Positions 56,206 to 64,000 of a stretch of 64,000 nucleotides of DNA are shown here, piece after piece. A program made the translations under genes and the position numbers. Source of the stretch: an uncultured Acidobacteriota bacterium. Its GTDB lineage: Bacteria > Actinomycetota > Acidimicrobiia > Spongiisociales > ZC4RG35. Location: the NCBI GenBank assembly GCA_963746905.1, contig CAVVCY010000003.1, positions 949,014 to 1,013,013 of the forward strand. Direction: 5' to 3'. The notes below the pieces were generated by a model, which saw only the letters and a program-made list of their open reading frames with translations, was not told the DNA's origin and did not search any database. The number at the start of each line of letters is the position of its first letter. Position 1 is the stretch's first letter.

Positions 56206-56316
56206 TCAGCTGGTGCGGCCACGGACGAACCAGAGGGCGAACAATCCGGTGACAACAGCTCCTACCAGCATCAGCCACATTGCACGATGGCTCGACGCTT
56301 CTTCTTGACGGCTCAT
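56206..56316 (-). CDS. candidate 36-aa single-pass membrane peptide upstream of ppsA
   Basis: Not in the ORF track (too short). AAGGAGGT at 56321-56328 (minus sense), then ATG at 56316. Product: MSRQEEASSHRAMWLMLVGAVVTGLFALWFVRGRTS. The stop lies 12 nt before the ppsA ATG. Confidence 0.45.
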   Translation of the reverse strand: MSRQEEASSHRAMWLMLVGAVVTGLFALWFVRGRTS

Positions 56317-56562
56317 ACGTACCTCCTTGAATCAATAGATACGTCATGGGGCAGTTCACCGCCAGGGTCGGAAGTCAGTATCGGGCCTAAGGAGATGTCT
56401 CGAAGTTCTTGACCATCGATGGTGCAGTCGACTACCTGATGACCCACACCGGGTCGTCGGCCTGACCACTTCTGAGTCTTGCCGAAGCCGTCAGGCCATT
56501 GTCCTCTATGAGCGACGGTCGCAGGGACGGATCCTTGTTGGTGAGCATGAAGGGAGTTCTTG

Positions 56563-56778
56563 ATGCATGCCAAACCTGGCGATTATCTCGTGATCCAAGG
56601 CCACCATGTCGGAGAGACCGACAAGGAGGGAGAGATCCTGGAGGTGCACGGAGAGGGCGGACAGCCACCCTTCCTTGTCCGATGGTCTGACGAGGAGCAC
56701 GAAACCTTGCTCTTCCCCGGAAGCGATGCAGTTGTGCACCCATCACGAAGGAGACCACCGAAGAAGAACCCGGCCTGA
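56563..56778 (+). CDS. DUF1918 domain protein
   Basis: MHAKPGDYLVIQGHHVGETDKEGEILEVHGEGGQPPFLVRWSDEEHETLLFPGSDAVV matches the DUF1918 pattern. GAAGGGAG lies upstream. The ORF-track start 56560 is a TTG one codon earlier. Confidence 0.8.
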   Translation: MHAKPGDYLVIQGHHVGETDKEGEILEVHGEGGQPPFLVRWSDEEHETLLFPGSDAVVHPSRRRPPKKNPA

Positions 56779-56846
56779 CAAGAAGCTTGCGGGAATCGGG
56801 ACTTCCGGCTCTGTCGACTTTGTGGAAGGGCGCGCATGCTTGGGGC

Positions 56847-57434
56847 ATGGCACGAAGCGACGCAGAGCGCATGCTGGAGCTGGAGGAGTCGGCTCAAGGG
56901 GCGGATCTTTATCGAGCGCCCGGGAGTGAGTTGCAGTTCCAGATTGCGTCCGAAGAAGCCGAAGTCCATTCGGACACCGATGAGGTCCACGAGCTCTCCG
57001 CCCTGGCCAGGGCGGTGAAGCGCCGGGGTCGTCTTTGCAGCATGATGACTGGCCTGGAGAAAGCGGTGGCCGGACCGTCGTCTCGAGAGGGGTGGCTCGC
57101 CGATGTCGACGTGGCTCTCGCCGAACTCCGCAAAGCCCTCGAGGAACACATCGAGGTGGTGGAGGGCACGAATGGCTTGTTCGAGGAGATCATGGCGACC
57201 GCCCCCAGGTTGGCTTCGGAAATGGAGGGGCTCCGCGACGAGCACCGGCAGGTGATGACTTCACTGACTCGCACAACCGAGGTATTGCTCTTCACCAAGG
57301 GCGATCCGACAAAGGGACCCGAGCGGTTGCGTCGATCAGCGACAAGTCTCCTGGGGCGATTGACGAGGCATAGACAGCGGGGATCCGACCTGGTGTTCGA
57401 CGCCTACAACGTGGACATCGCAGCGGCCGACTAG
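56847..57434 (+). CDS. hypothetical helical protein
   Basis: ORF 56787..57434 trimmed to Met21. Predicted all-helical, with EEHIEVVEG and DEHRQV motifs. No family recognised with confidence. Confidence 0.55.
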   Translation: MARSDAERMLELEESAQGADLYRAPGSELQFQIASEEAEVHSDTDEVHELSALARAVKRRGRLCSMMTGLEKAVAGPSSREGWLADVDVALAELRKALEEHIEVVEGTNGLFEEIMATAPRLASEMEGLRDEHRQVMTSLTRTTEVLLFTKGDPTKGPERLRRSATSLLGRLTRHRQRGSDLVFDAYNVDIAAAD

Positions 57435-57444
57435 GCGCGTTGCG

Positions 57445-57693
57445 ATGAGCGCCAAACGCCAGCAGATCATCGACCTGGCGCTCGGCATCGTCGGGGGCGC
57501 GGTGGTCGGCGCGATAGTGGCCGTGAACTTCATCATCACAATCGGGATTGGCTATGACGTCACCCTGGCCGATGTTTACCGGGAGAGCCCTCCAGCTGGA
57601 GTTCTCACCACCGCCATCCTGGTTGCTGGCCCCATAATCGGCGTCGTGCTGATGCGAAAGCTGAGCAGACGTCGCAACGGTTCCTCGCCGTGA
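57445..57693 (+). CDS. small two-helix membrane protein
   Basis: ORF track. Two hydrophobic helices (LALGIVGGAVVGAIVAVNFIITIGIG and VLTTAILVAGPIIGVVLM) and a basic tail. Confidence 0.5.
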   Translation: MSAKRQQIIDLALGIVGGAVVGAIVAVNFIITIGIGYDVTLADVYRESPPAGVLTTAILVAGPIIGVVLMRKLSRRRNGSSP

Positions 57694-57729
57694 CAGTGGT
57701 CGTGATCTGGAATCGAAGGAGGATCGAAG

Positions 57730-57757
57730 GAGGCGAGCCATCTGAATGGCTCGCCTC
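57730..57757. terminator. bidirectional terminator hairpin
   Basis: GAGGCGAGCCAT-CTGA-ATGGCTCGCCTC, a perfect 12-bp stem, between the convergent genes ending at 57693 and 57778. Confidence 0.7.
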
Positions 57758-57777
57758 TGCATCGGTCGCGTTCACTA

Positions 57778-58212
57778 TCAGGATGCCTTGACTTCGATCG
57801 GGATGTGATGCGGCTCGGTTGTCCTCTCCTCAGGGAGCGATACTCGAACCTTGAGGATGCCTTTGTCGTAATCGGCCATCACTTTGTCCGGGTCAACTCC
57901 AGTCGGGAGTGGGATCCGACGCATGAACGTCCCATGGGCCCTCTCGTGAACATAGCGACTGTCCTCGGAGACCTCGGTCTCCTCGGTCTTTTCGCCCTTG
58001 ATCGTGAGAATGTCATCTTCGACAGAGATCTCGACGTCCTTATCGGGGTCGATGCCCGGCAATTCGGCCGTGACGATCAACTCCCCTTCTTGCCTGAAGA
58101 TGTCGATCGAGGGTCGGAATGCAAAGTCGTGCTCCCCGATGAGGCGGGGGAAGTTGAACAGCCGCCATTCCTTGTCGAGGTCGAAGAACGGTGTCCATAC
58201 CTTGAGTTCCAT
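57778..58212 (-). CDS. Hsp20/alpha-crystallin family small heat shock protein
   Basis: ORF 57778..58344 trimmed to Met45, preceded by AAGGAGGTG. Alpha-crystallin domain: PSIDIFRQEGELIVTAELPGIDPDKDVEISVEDDILTIKGEK ... GTFMRRIPLP ... GILKVRV. Confidence 0.9.
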   Translation of the reverse strand: MELKVWTPFFDLDKEWRLFNFPRLIGEHDFAFRPSIDIFRQEGELIVTAELPGIDPDKDVEISVEDDILTIKGEKTEETEVSEDSRYVHERAHGTFMRRIPLPTGVDPDKVMADYDKGILKVRVSLPEERTTEPHHIPIEVKAS

Positions 58213-58403
58213 TTGGTGATTCACCTCCTTTCTCGGGCCTGACCCTTGAGCAGCAGGCGGCCCGGATCCAGCACGGGTGTCATTCGCGATGATCGGACTT
58301 GGCGAATTCCTTGACCAGAGCCAAACGGCCCGATTCGTCGCCATTGACGTGAGTCTCGATGAGAGGGCCTATGGCGACGGGACGGGGACTTCCGACCGTA
58401 GAT

Positions 58404-58422
58404 GACGGGAGAAGATCCCGTC
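58404..58422. promoter_or_regulatory. perfect inverted repeat GACGGGA-N5-TCCCGTC upstream of usp
   Basis: Seen directly, 29 nt upstream of the usp ATG (58451), in the 238-bp region between divergent hsp20 and usp. Could be an operator or a leader hairpin. Confidence 0.3.
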
Positions 58423-58450
58423 ACCGTTCAGTCGACCAAGGGAGATCCCC

Positions 58451-58855
58451 ATGATTGTCGTCGGAGTGGACGAGTCGTCGGTTGCGAAAAGGGTTCTGGC
58501 TAGGGCGATTGACGAGGCCGCCTGGCGGGGAGCGGAGCTCCATGTCGTCAACGTCTATCAGCTGCCCTACACCTACGTCGAGATACCAGTTGACTATGTG
58601 GCGATAGCCGAAGGGCACCACAGCGCGGTGTGGGAACCGCTCGCGGCCCAACTCTCCGAGCCGAAGGTCGAAGTGCTTCGAGTCGAACTCGAGGGCTATC
58701 CAGCGGAAGCTCTCGTGTCTTATGCCAACGACATCGGCGCTTCACTGTTGGTGGTCGGCACTCGTGGCCGTGGCGAGTGGGGAGCGCTGATCCTGGGGAG
58801 CACCAGTCATCGTGCCGTTCATCTCGCCGACTGCGATGTGCTGATCGTCAAGTGA
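58451..58855 (+). CDS. universal stress protein
   Basis: MIVVGVDESSVAKRVLARAIDEA ... LLVVGTRGRGEWGALILGSTSHRAVHLADCDVLIV. Confidence 0.9.
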   Translation: MIVVGVDESSVAKRVLARAIDEAAWRGAELHVVNVYQLPYTYVEIPVDYVAIAEGHHSAVWEPLAAQLSEPKVEVLRVELEGYPAEALVSYANDIGASLLVVGTRGRGEWGALILGSTSHRAVHLADCDVLIVK

Positions 58856-58874
58856 CGATCGCACGGTTCCGGGG

Positions 58875-59150
58875 TCAGCCAAGTAGGACGGGATACTCGC
58901 GAATGTTGATTCGGCTGCCGTCTTTGGCCGAGTATTCCCACACGATCAGTGCACCGACCTGGTCACGATCGACTTCGTAGGGGACTGAGACTCTCCAGTC
59001 GCCCCAGCATCCGGTGCCACAACTGGCCATGACCGTGTTCTCAAACAGAGGCAGACCATCGTCATTGGTGAGCCTGACCTGAGAAACGGCTTCGAAGACG
59101 TTGCTCAGACTCCGGACCTCGATCGGGCTCGTCTGCGGCCGAACCCACAA
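58875..59150 (-). CDS. Gmad2-like immunoglobulin-fold domain protein (single domain, no signal peptide)
   Basis: SNVFEAVSQVRLTNDDGLPLFENTVMASCGTGCWGDWRVSVPYEV...GALIVWEYSAKDGSRINIREYPVLL resembles the Gmad2 domain. The TTG start lies 21 nt after the ATPase stop. Family call is moderate. Confidence 0.5.
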   Translation of the reverse strand: MWVRPQTSPIEVRSLSNVFEAVSQVRLTNDDGLPLFENTVMASCGTGCWGDWRVSVPYEVDRDQVGALIVWEYSAKDGSRINIREYPVLLG

Positions 59151-59171
59151 ACGTTGACAGGGAACCGTTGA

Positions 59172-61475
59172 TCACGTCTCCTGCAGGGAGAAGTACAACT
59201 CCTCTTCCTGGTCGAAGTGAAGTCGGAGGATGGCGTGGAGGCTGTACAGGGTGCGACGGAGGTCCAGCACGTCGGCGGGCTCCGGCCCAGTCTCGGGGAG
59301 GTCGGCCAACTGCCTTTGGTAGACGTCGACAAGGTGGAAGATCTCCCGGTGGGTCCGGCTCATCAGGGACATCGGGTCGTCTCCGGGGAGGACGGCCGAT
59401 ACCTGTGGGTAGATCTCCTTCTCGTCTTCAGCCTCGTGGGGGAGGATCACATCCACCAGGAGTCTCCGTGTCTGTTCCAGGTCTCGTCTGGCTTCCTCAG
59501 GGGCCAGGGTGTCGAGCAGATCTGCAGTGTCGCGAAGCGAATCGAGCTTTGGAATCAGTTCGTCATGTTCGACGCGGAGACGATGGGACAACTCAGGAGA
59601 GATCTTCGGCCCGCTCTCTGACGGGGTCTTACCGCCCAGCGCTCGGAGAGCGTTGGTGATCGAGAGGAAGTCGATGGCCTCCTGAATCAGTGCTCCGGCG
59701 ATCGGGGCCAAGAGCCCAAGGGCGGCCACGGCCATTGCCATCAGCGAAAGGCCCATCCCGATCACCATGCTCTGCACGGCAATCCGTCGCGACCGCTGTG
59801 CGATCCCGATGGCATCGACCAGACGTTGCAGCCGATCGACTATCAGAACCACCCCAGCGGCCTCCGACGATGCGGTCGCCCCGCGTGCTCCCATGGCCAC
59901 GCCCACGTCCGCCGCGGCCAGGGCGGGAGCATCGTTGATGCCGTCCCCCACCATCGCCGTCGTTCCCTGGGCTCGCAGCCCTTCGAGGGCGGCGACCTTC
60001 TCCCGTGGCGTGGATTCGGCAAGGACGTCGTCAACACCTATTGCCGTGCCAACGGAACGAGCCGCATCGGGGTGGTCTCCCGTCGCCATGACGATTCGCT
60101 GCACGCCAATCCGGCGCAGTGCCCGGATGGTGTGGGCAGCGTCAGGCCGGATCGTGTCGTCGAAGGTGATCGCGGCCGTGACTTTGCCATCGATCGCGAC
60201 GTAGACAGCGAGCGGTGCCACCCGCATCAATCGCCGGCGAAAGTTGGCGATCTCGATTGGCTCCGGCTTGCCATCCAGCAACCAAGCCAGCCGTCCCACC
60301 TCGACATGCGTGTCTCCGACCATGGCCCCTACGCCGGATCCCGCAACCTCGGTGACGTGCTTGGGCATTTCGATTGAGAGCCCACGATGGCGTGCGGCCT
60401 CGACGATTGCCCGGGCCAATACGTGTGAAGACGTTTGATCCACCGAGGCGGCGAGGCTGAGGAGCTCGCTTTCGTCGACTCTGGTGTCGAAGCCCACGAT
60501 CGAGCGCAAGGTCGGCTTGCCAACAGTGACGGTCCCCGTCTTGTCAATGAGAACATTCTTGGTCTGGGCAAGCGTCTCCAACGCGGCTCCTCCACGGAAG
60601 ACGATCCCGCGATGGGCCCCACGCGAAATCCCGGAGACGACAGCAATGGGAACCGCCAGCAACAACGGACACGGGGTGGCTACAACCAGGACGGCCAGTG
60701 CCCGGATGGGGTCACCGGAGACAGCCCAGGACAAAGCTGAGAGCCCGAGAGCCAGCGGGACGAACCAGCCGGCCCATCGATCGGCGAGGCGGATCGAGGG
60801 CGACCTCGATTCTCGTGCTTCTTGCACCAGCCGGATGATTCCGGCATATGTGCTGTGCTGGGCATCCGCGGTGGCAAGTAGCTCAAAGGCGTCGGCGGCA
60901 TTGACGACTCCGCTGCTGACCAGGTCGCCGTTCTTGCGTTCGACCGGCATTGGCTCCCCGGTGAGAGCCGACTCGTCAATCAAGGCAGATGGGCTAAGTA
61001 CCACGCCGTCGACCGGGATCACCTCGCCTGCCTTGATCAGAACCCTGTCACCACGGCCCACCGAGTTGATGTCGACTTCCTCGATCTTGTGATCGCTGAT
61101 GACATGCGCGAATCTGGGCACTCTCCCGAGCAGCGTGGTTAGCTCCCTCTCGGCTCTTCCTGCGGCGAACTCCTCCAAGAACCGGCCGGTGGCCAGCATG
61201 AGCCCGATGATCGCTGCCGTCAGGTATTCGCCGAGGGCCAAAGCCCCTGACACCGCGAGGACCGCGATGATGTCGACTCCCGGTCTGCGGAGCCTGATCT
61301 TGACGATGATTTCCCGGATCAATGGCAACACCGGCACCACCGCAACCGCGGTGAAGGCGACATTGGCCGCGGTTTCGTAGTCGAGGACCGCGAGGAGGCC
61401 GCCGAGACCCAGACCGGCAGCCGTGCCGATTAGCAACCAACGGGTGGACCGTTCAGAGCTGAGCTCTTCAGTCAA
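59172..61475 (-). CDS. heavy-metal P-type ATPase, P1B-5-like, with C-terminal hemerythrin-like domain
   Basis: ORF 59172..61967 trimmed to TTG 61475, overlapping the upstream stop (TTGA). The first 164 codons of the ORF overlap the SRPBCC gene and look like noise. Motifs: TGEP, membrane ATPCPLLLAVP (TPCP), DKTGT, GDGINDAPAL. No N-terminal metal-binding domain. The C-terminal ~140 aa carry HHE-type motifs (VEHDELIP, LPHEAEDEKEIYP, THREIFHLV, LHFDQEEELYF). Confidence 0.85.
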   Translation of the reverse strand: MTEELSSERSTRWLLIGTAAGLGLGGLLAVLDYETAANVAFTAVAVVPVLPLIREIIVKIRLRRPGVDIIAVLAVSGALALGEYLTAAIIGLMLATGRFLEEFAAGRAERELTTLLGRVPRFAHVISDHKIEEVDINSVGRGDRVLIKAGEVIPVDGVVLSPSALIDESALTGEPMPVERKNGDLVSSGVVNAADAFELLATADAQHSTYAGIIRLVQEARESRSPSIRLADRWAGWFVPLALGLSALSWAVSGDPIRALAVLVVATPCPLLLAVPIAVVSGISRGAHRGIVFRGGAALETLAQTKNVLIDKTGTVTVGKPTLRSIVGFDTRVDESELLSLAASVDQTSSHVLARAIVEAARHRGLSIEMPKHVTEVAGSGVGAMVGDTHVEVGRLAWLLDGKPEPIEIANFRRRLMRVAPLAVYVAIDGKVTAAITFDDTIRPDAAHTIRALRRIGVQRIVMATGDHPDAARSVGTAIGVDDVLAESTPREKVAALEGLRAQGTTAMVGDGINDAPALAAADVGVAMGARGATASSEAAGVVLIVDRLQRLVDAIGIAQRSRRIAVQSMVIGMGLSLMAMAVAALGLLAPIAGALIQEAIDFLSITNALRALGGKTPSESGPKISPELSHRLRVEHDELIPKLDSLRDTADLLDTLAPEEARRDLEQTRRLLVDVILPHEAEDEKEIYPQVSAVLPGDDPMSLMSRTHREIFHLVDVYQRQLADLPETGPEPADVLDLRRTLYSLHAILRLHFDQEEELYFSLQET

Positions 61476-62155
61476 CGACGGCGGCTTGTCGGAGCGGTCC
61501 CGTGCGTCGAATCTGCAGCCAATACCCGGCTCCGTATGCCGCTGAGCATTTGGTGGGACATGATGAAGTCGGCGGGAATGATTGCCAATCGGTAAATCGC
61601 GAGCAGCCACCACGGAGCGGCATTCCCGCGGCAGCGAAAGATCAACCGGCTGCGTTCTCCGCCAAGGTCGTCGATTGAGAACGACCAGGTCCAGTCCAGC
61701 CGTGCACCGTAATTCTCCCGCCAGGACTTGGGCAGGTGCGTCGTGGAGTGGAGAACCAGGCTTCGGTCCGTCTCCATGCCCTCGATTATGAACCCGCACT
61801 CGCTTTCCGGGGGGCCGTCCGGGATGAAGTCTCCAATCGCTCGATCTTGGAGGGCGGGGAGGATCTGGGTAGCGGCCGGCCAATTCGCTGGAAACAGGAT
61901 CCGATCTACCCAGGGAGCTGTGTACCACCCTCCCTGATGCCAGCCCATTTGAATCAGCCACGGCCACACCTCTCCCGGCGACGCGTCAATGGTGGTGGCG
62001 TGCGTGGTCAGAATCTGTGGGTGGGGCACAATCTCATCGCCAGGCATCAGTGCCCTTCTCTCCGCGCCGGTGGCCCCCCACGTCCTCCCGAGCCATTGCA
62101 GGAGGAAATAGGAGGCCACGGCGACGAATAGGGCAAAAGTCGATTTGCGTGTCAT
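61472..62155 (-). CDS. SRPBCC (START/polyketide-cyclase-like) family protein with N-terminal membrane anchor
   Basis: N-terminal hydrophobic helix (FALFVAVASYFLLQWL), then IDASPGEVWPWLIQMGWHQGGWY, typical of SRPBCC proteins. Confidence 0.65.
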   Translation of the reverse strand: MTRKSTFALFVAVASYFLLQWLGRTWGATGAERRALMPGDEIVPHPQILTTHATTIDASPGEVWPWLIQMGWHQGGWYTAPWVDRILFPANWPAATQILPALQDRAIGDFIPDGPPESECGFIIEGMETDRSLVLHSTTHLPKSWRENYGARLDWTWSFSIDDLGGERSRLIFRCRGNAAPWWLLAIYRLAIIPADFIMSHQMLSGIRSRVLAADSTHGTAPTSRRR

Positions 62156-62298
62156 GAACCTACGTCGACGCTATGACCCGAACTTCCGGCCTGGCAGGGC
62201 CGTTAGGCCCGGATCGCCACGGCAATACGGTCCAAATCGCCGATTCCGCCGCCTTTTGGCCCTACTGACGACTCTGGGCCATTCGTAGCGTTTTGGGT

Positions 62299-63576
62299 AT
62301 GCGAACCAGAGAGCCCTTGAAGCGTCTTGTTGTCCTCGGCGCTGGCACGGCTGGCACCATGATCGTGAACAAACTTCGGCCGCGGCTGGCGGTTGAGGAG
62401 TGGGAGATCATTGTGGTGGACCCTGCGCCCTCTCATCTCTATCAACCGGGTCTGTTGTTCGTCCCTTTCGGCCGTTACGAGGCTGACGAGCTTCGCAAAC
62501 CAACCAGAGACCTCCTCTGCGACGGAGTGGAACTGGTCACCGAGCCAGTGGAACGGGTAGATGTCGACGCCAGCCAGGTCCAACTGGCCGGTGGTCGAAC
62601 CATTGACTTCGACCAGTTGGTGATTGCGACCGGAACCCACGCCCGACCGGACATGACGCCTGGAATGGACGGCCCCGAGCTCGGGGACACCATCCACGAG
62701 TTCTATACCCTGCCTGGGGCCGAGGCCCTTCGCTGGAAGTTGGCACTTTGGGACGGCGGGCGGTTCGTGGTCCACATCACCGAGCTTCCGATCAAATGCC
62801 CGGTGGCACCGCTCGAATTCGCCTTTCTTGCCGATGACTACTTCAGACGGGTCGGGATGCGTGATCGGGTCGACATGACCTTTGCCACGCCCCTGTCTGG
62901 CGCTTTCACCAAGCCGATCGCCTCGGGGCTTCTGGGCGACATGCTCGAGTCACGGAATATCCGCGTTGAGCCTGATTTCTACGTGGAGCGGATCGACGAC
63001 CACGCCATCGTTTCTTATGACGAGCGAGTCATCCCCTTCGACCTTCTCGTCACCGTGCCGCTGAACATGGGGGCGGACTTCGTCGGCCGGTCTGGCCTCG
63101 GTGACGAGTTGAACCATGTCAGAGTCGATCCCCACACCTTCCTCGCGGACGGCTGCGAAAACGTGTTCGCCATCGGTGACGCCGCCGCACTTCCTATCTC
63201 GAAGGCAGGGTCGGTGGCCCACTTCGCCGTCGACGTCTTCGTCGAGAATTTCATGGATCACATCGTCGGCCGACCTATGACGCGGGCGTTCGATGGGCAT
63301 GCCAACTGCTTCGTCGAGTCGGGTGCAGGCAAGGCGCTGCTGATCGATTTCAACTACGAAACCGAGCCTCTGCCCGGTACCTACCCCGTTCCGGGGTTAG
63401 GGCCGCTGCGCCTTCTCAAGGAGACAAGGCTCAACCACCTGGGCAAGCTCGCGTTCAGGCCCATCTACTGGCACCTGCTGCTCCCGGGTCGACGACTTCC
63501 GGTTCCAAATGCGATGTCAATCGCCGGAAAGGAGATACCGACCGGTCAACCACCAAGAGAGGACGTGAACATATGA
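62299..63576 (+). CDS. sqr: sulfide:quinone oxidoreductase-like NAD(P)/FAD-dependent oxidoreductase
   Basis: RLVVLGAGTAGT FAD motif, IKCPVAPLEFAF and HANCFVESG cysteine motifs, IGDAAALP. Start taken at ATG 62299 (ORF-track TTG at 62293). Confidence 0.8.
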   Translation: MRTREPLKRLVVLGAGTAGTMIVNKLRPRLAVEEWEIIVVDPAPSHLYQPGLLFVPFGRYEADELRKPTRDLLCDGVELVTEPVERVDVDASQVQLAGGRTIDFDQLVIATGTHARPDMTPGMDGPELGDTIHEFYTLPGAEALRWKLALWDGGRFVVHITELPIKCPVAPLEFAFLADDYFRRVGMRDRVDMTFATPLSGAFTKPIASGLLGDMLESRNIRVEPDFYVERIDDHAIVSYDERVIPFDLLVTVPLNMGADFVGRSGLGDELNHVRVDPHTFLADGCENVFAIGDAAALPISKAGSVAHFAVDVFVENFMDHIVGRPMTRAFDGHANCFVESGAGKALLIDFNYETEPLPGTYPVPGLGPLRLLKETRLNHLGKLAFRPIYWHLLLPGRRLPVPNAMSIAGKEIPTGQPPREDVNI

Positions 63577-63887
63577 CGGTTGCAACCATGCGAGGACGCG
63601 AGCTCCACGTCGACGCCGAGGGGTTCCTCACGGACTCCACGGAGTGGGACGAGAGCCTGGCGGAGACCCTTGCCACCAACATCAGCCTCGAGCTGACCGA
63701 ACGTCATTGGGCGGCCATCAACTTCGCCCGGTCGGACTTCGCCGCAAACGGCGAGGCTCCGACGCTCCGTCGCATGGCGACAGCGGGTGGCATCCCCACG
63801 AAAGAAATGTTCGAACTGTTCCCCAAAAAGCCGGCGAAGAAGCTGGCCTATGTGGCCGGCCTCCCCAAGCCGGTCGGATGCGTCTGA
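63573..63887 (+). CDS. TusE/DsrC/DsvC family sulfur relay protein
   Basis: GFLTDSTEWDESLAETLA ... ELTERHWAAINFARSDF ... C-terminal GLPKPVGCV. ATGA overlap with sqr. Confidence 0.85.
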   Translation: MTVATMRGRELHVDAEGFLTDSTEWDESLAETLATNISLELTERHWAAINFARSDFAANGEAPTLRRMATAGGIPTKEMFELFPKKPAKKLAYVAGLPKPVGCV

Positions 63888-63897
63888 AGGAGGCATC

Positions 63898-64000
63898 ATG
63901 ACCATGACACTGGAAGCACCAGTACCGGTGTTCGATGACGAGTCGACCACACGGAAGCTGGCGATCATCTGCTCCAAGGGCTCGCTCGACATGGCGTACC
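63898..64000 (+). CDS. DsrE/DsrF-like family protein, 5' fragment (runs off the window)
   Basis: GAAGGAGG, then ATG at 63898. MTMTLEAPVPVFDDESTTRKLAIICSKGSLDMAY has the KLAII.SKGSLD.AYP start seen in DsrE-family proteins next to sqr/tusE genes. Confidence 0.55.
   Translation, partial: MTMTLEAPVPVFDDESTTRKLAIICSKGSLDMAY

Noticed and set aside
56135-56359. 74-aa minus-strand ORF overlapping the ppsA start
   Set aside because: It overlaps the ppsA N-terminus out of frame and lacks an RBS. The in-phase 36-aa ORF with a strong Shine-Dalgarno sequence (56206-56316) explains the region better.
58213-58450. HAIR (HspR) or CIRCE (HrcA) operator upstream of hsp20
   Set aside because: CTTGAGC is present once, but the second half-site expected for HAIR (ACTCAAG after 7 nt) is absent. 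No CIRCE-like TTAGCACTC...GAGTGCTAA is seen.
59172-61967. Full 931-aa version of the ATPase ORF
   Set aside because: The first 164 codons overlap the SRPBCC gene and are Arg/Pro-rich noise. A TTG at 61475, overlapping the SRPBCC stop, gives a sensible P-type ATPase N-terminus.

Overview
About 64 kb of high-GC DNA (mid-60s % by eye, not computed). Actinobacterial hallmarks: a Gram-positive style tad operon with a DUF4244-type Flp pilin, FAH-gltX-tRNA-Glu synteny, menaquinone and F420 genes, and many 1-4 nt start/stop overlaps. It is plausibly an Actinomycetota/Acidimicrobiia chromosome or MAG. Nearly all of the window is coding. Left to right: (1) a partial polytopic membrane protein with an embedded TolB-like propeller, a small HTH gene, DUF1801, a frameshifted DUF2236 oxygenase and a hypothetical. 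(2) A nine-gene tad/flp pilus operon, 4.0-10.2 kb, including a 59-aa pilin missing from the ORF track, then tRNA-Gln and tRNA-Glu. (3) A ~16 kb GntR-linked catabolic island of unknown substrate, 10.7-27.0 kb: two UPF0261 (Tm-1-like) paralogues, a PEP-hydrolase-like TIM barrel, creatininase-family, cupin, SDR, FAD-oxidase, two xylose-isomerase-like TIM barrels, Gfo/Idh/MocA and a Liv-type ABC importer. (4) Housekeeping: hppA, tandem histidine phosphatase, methyltransferase, Zn-ribbon ORF plus rnhA, DUF2332, SDR, glycerate kinase coupled to cofC, usp, pgpA, ilvE, FAH, gltX, tRNA-Glu, dsbB/thioredoxin pair, rpiB, murA, nifU-like, meaB-like, ppdK, FGE, RRM protein, menA/menB/menE, ppsA. (5) A stress/redox end, 56-64 kb: DUF1918, hsp20, usp, a P1B-5 type ATPase with a C-terminal hemerythrin domain flanked by SRPBCC and Gmad2-like genes, and sqr-tusE/dsrC-dsrE. 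No CRISPR array, transposase, integrase or recognisable defence gene was seen. Four genes, including essential gltX, carry six single-nucleotide frame disruptions, at least four of which sit in or beside short nucleotide runs, so consensus errors are suspected. All functional calls rest on motif recognition by eye. No database search was possible.
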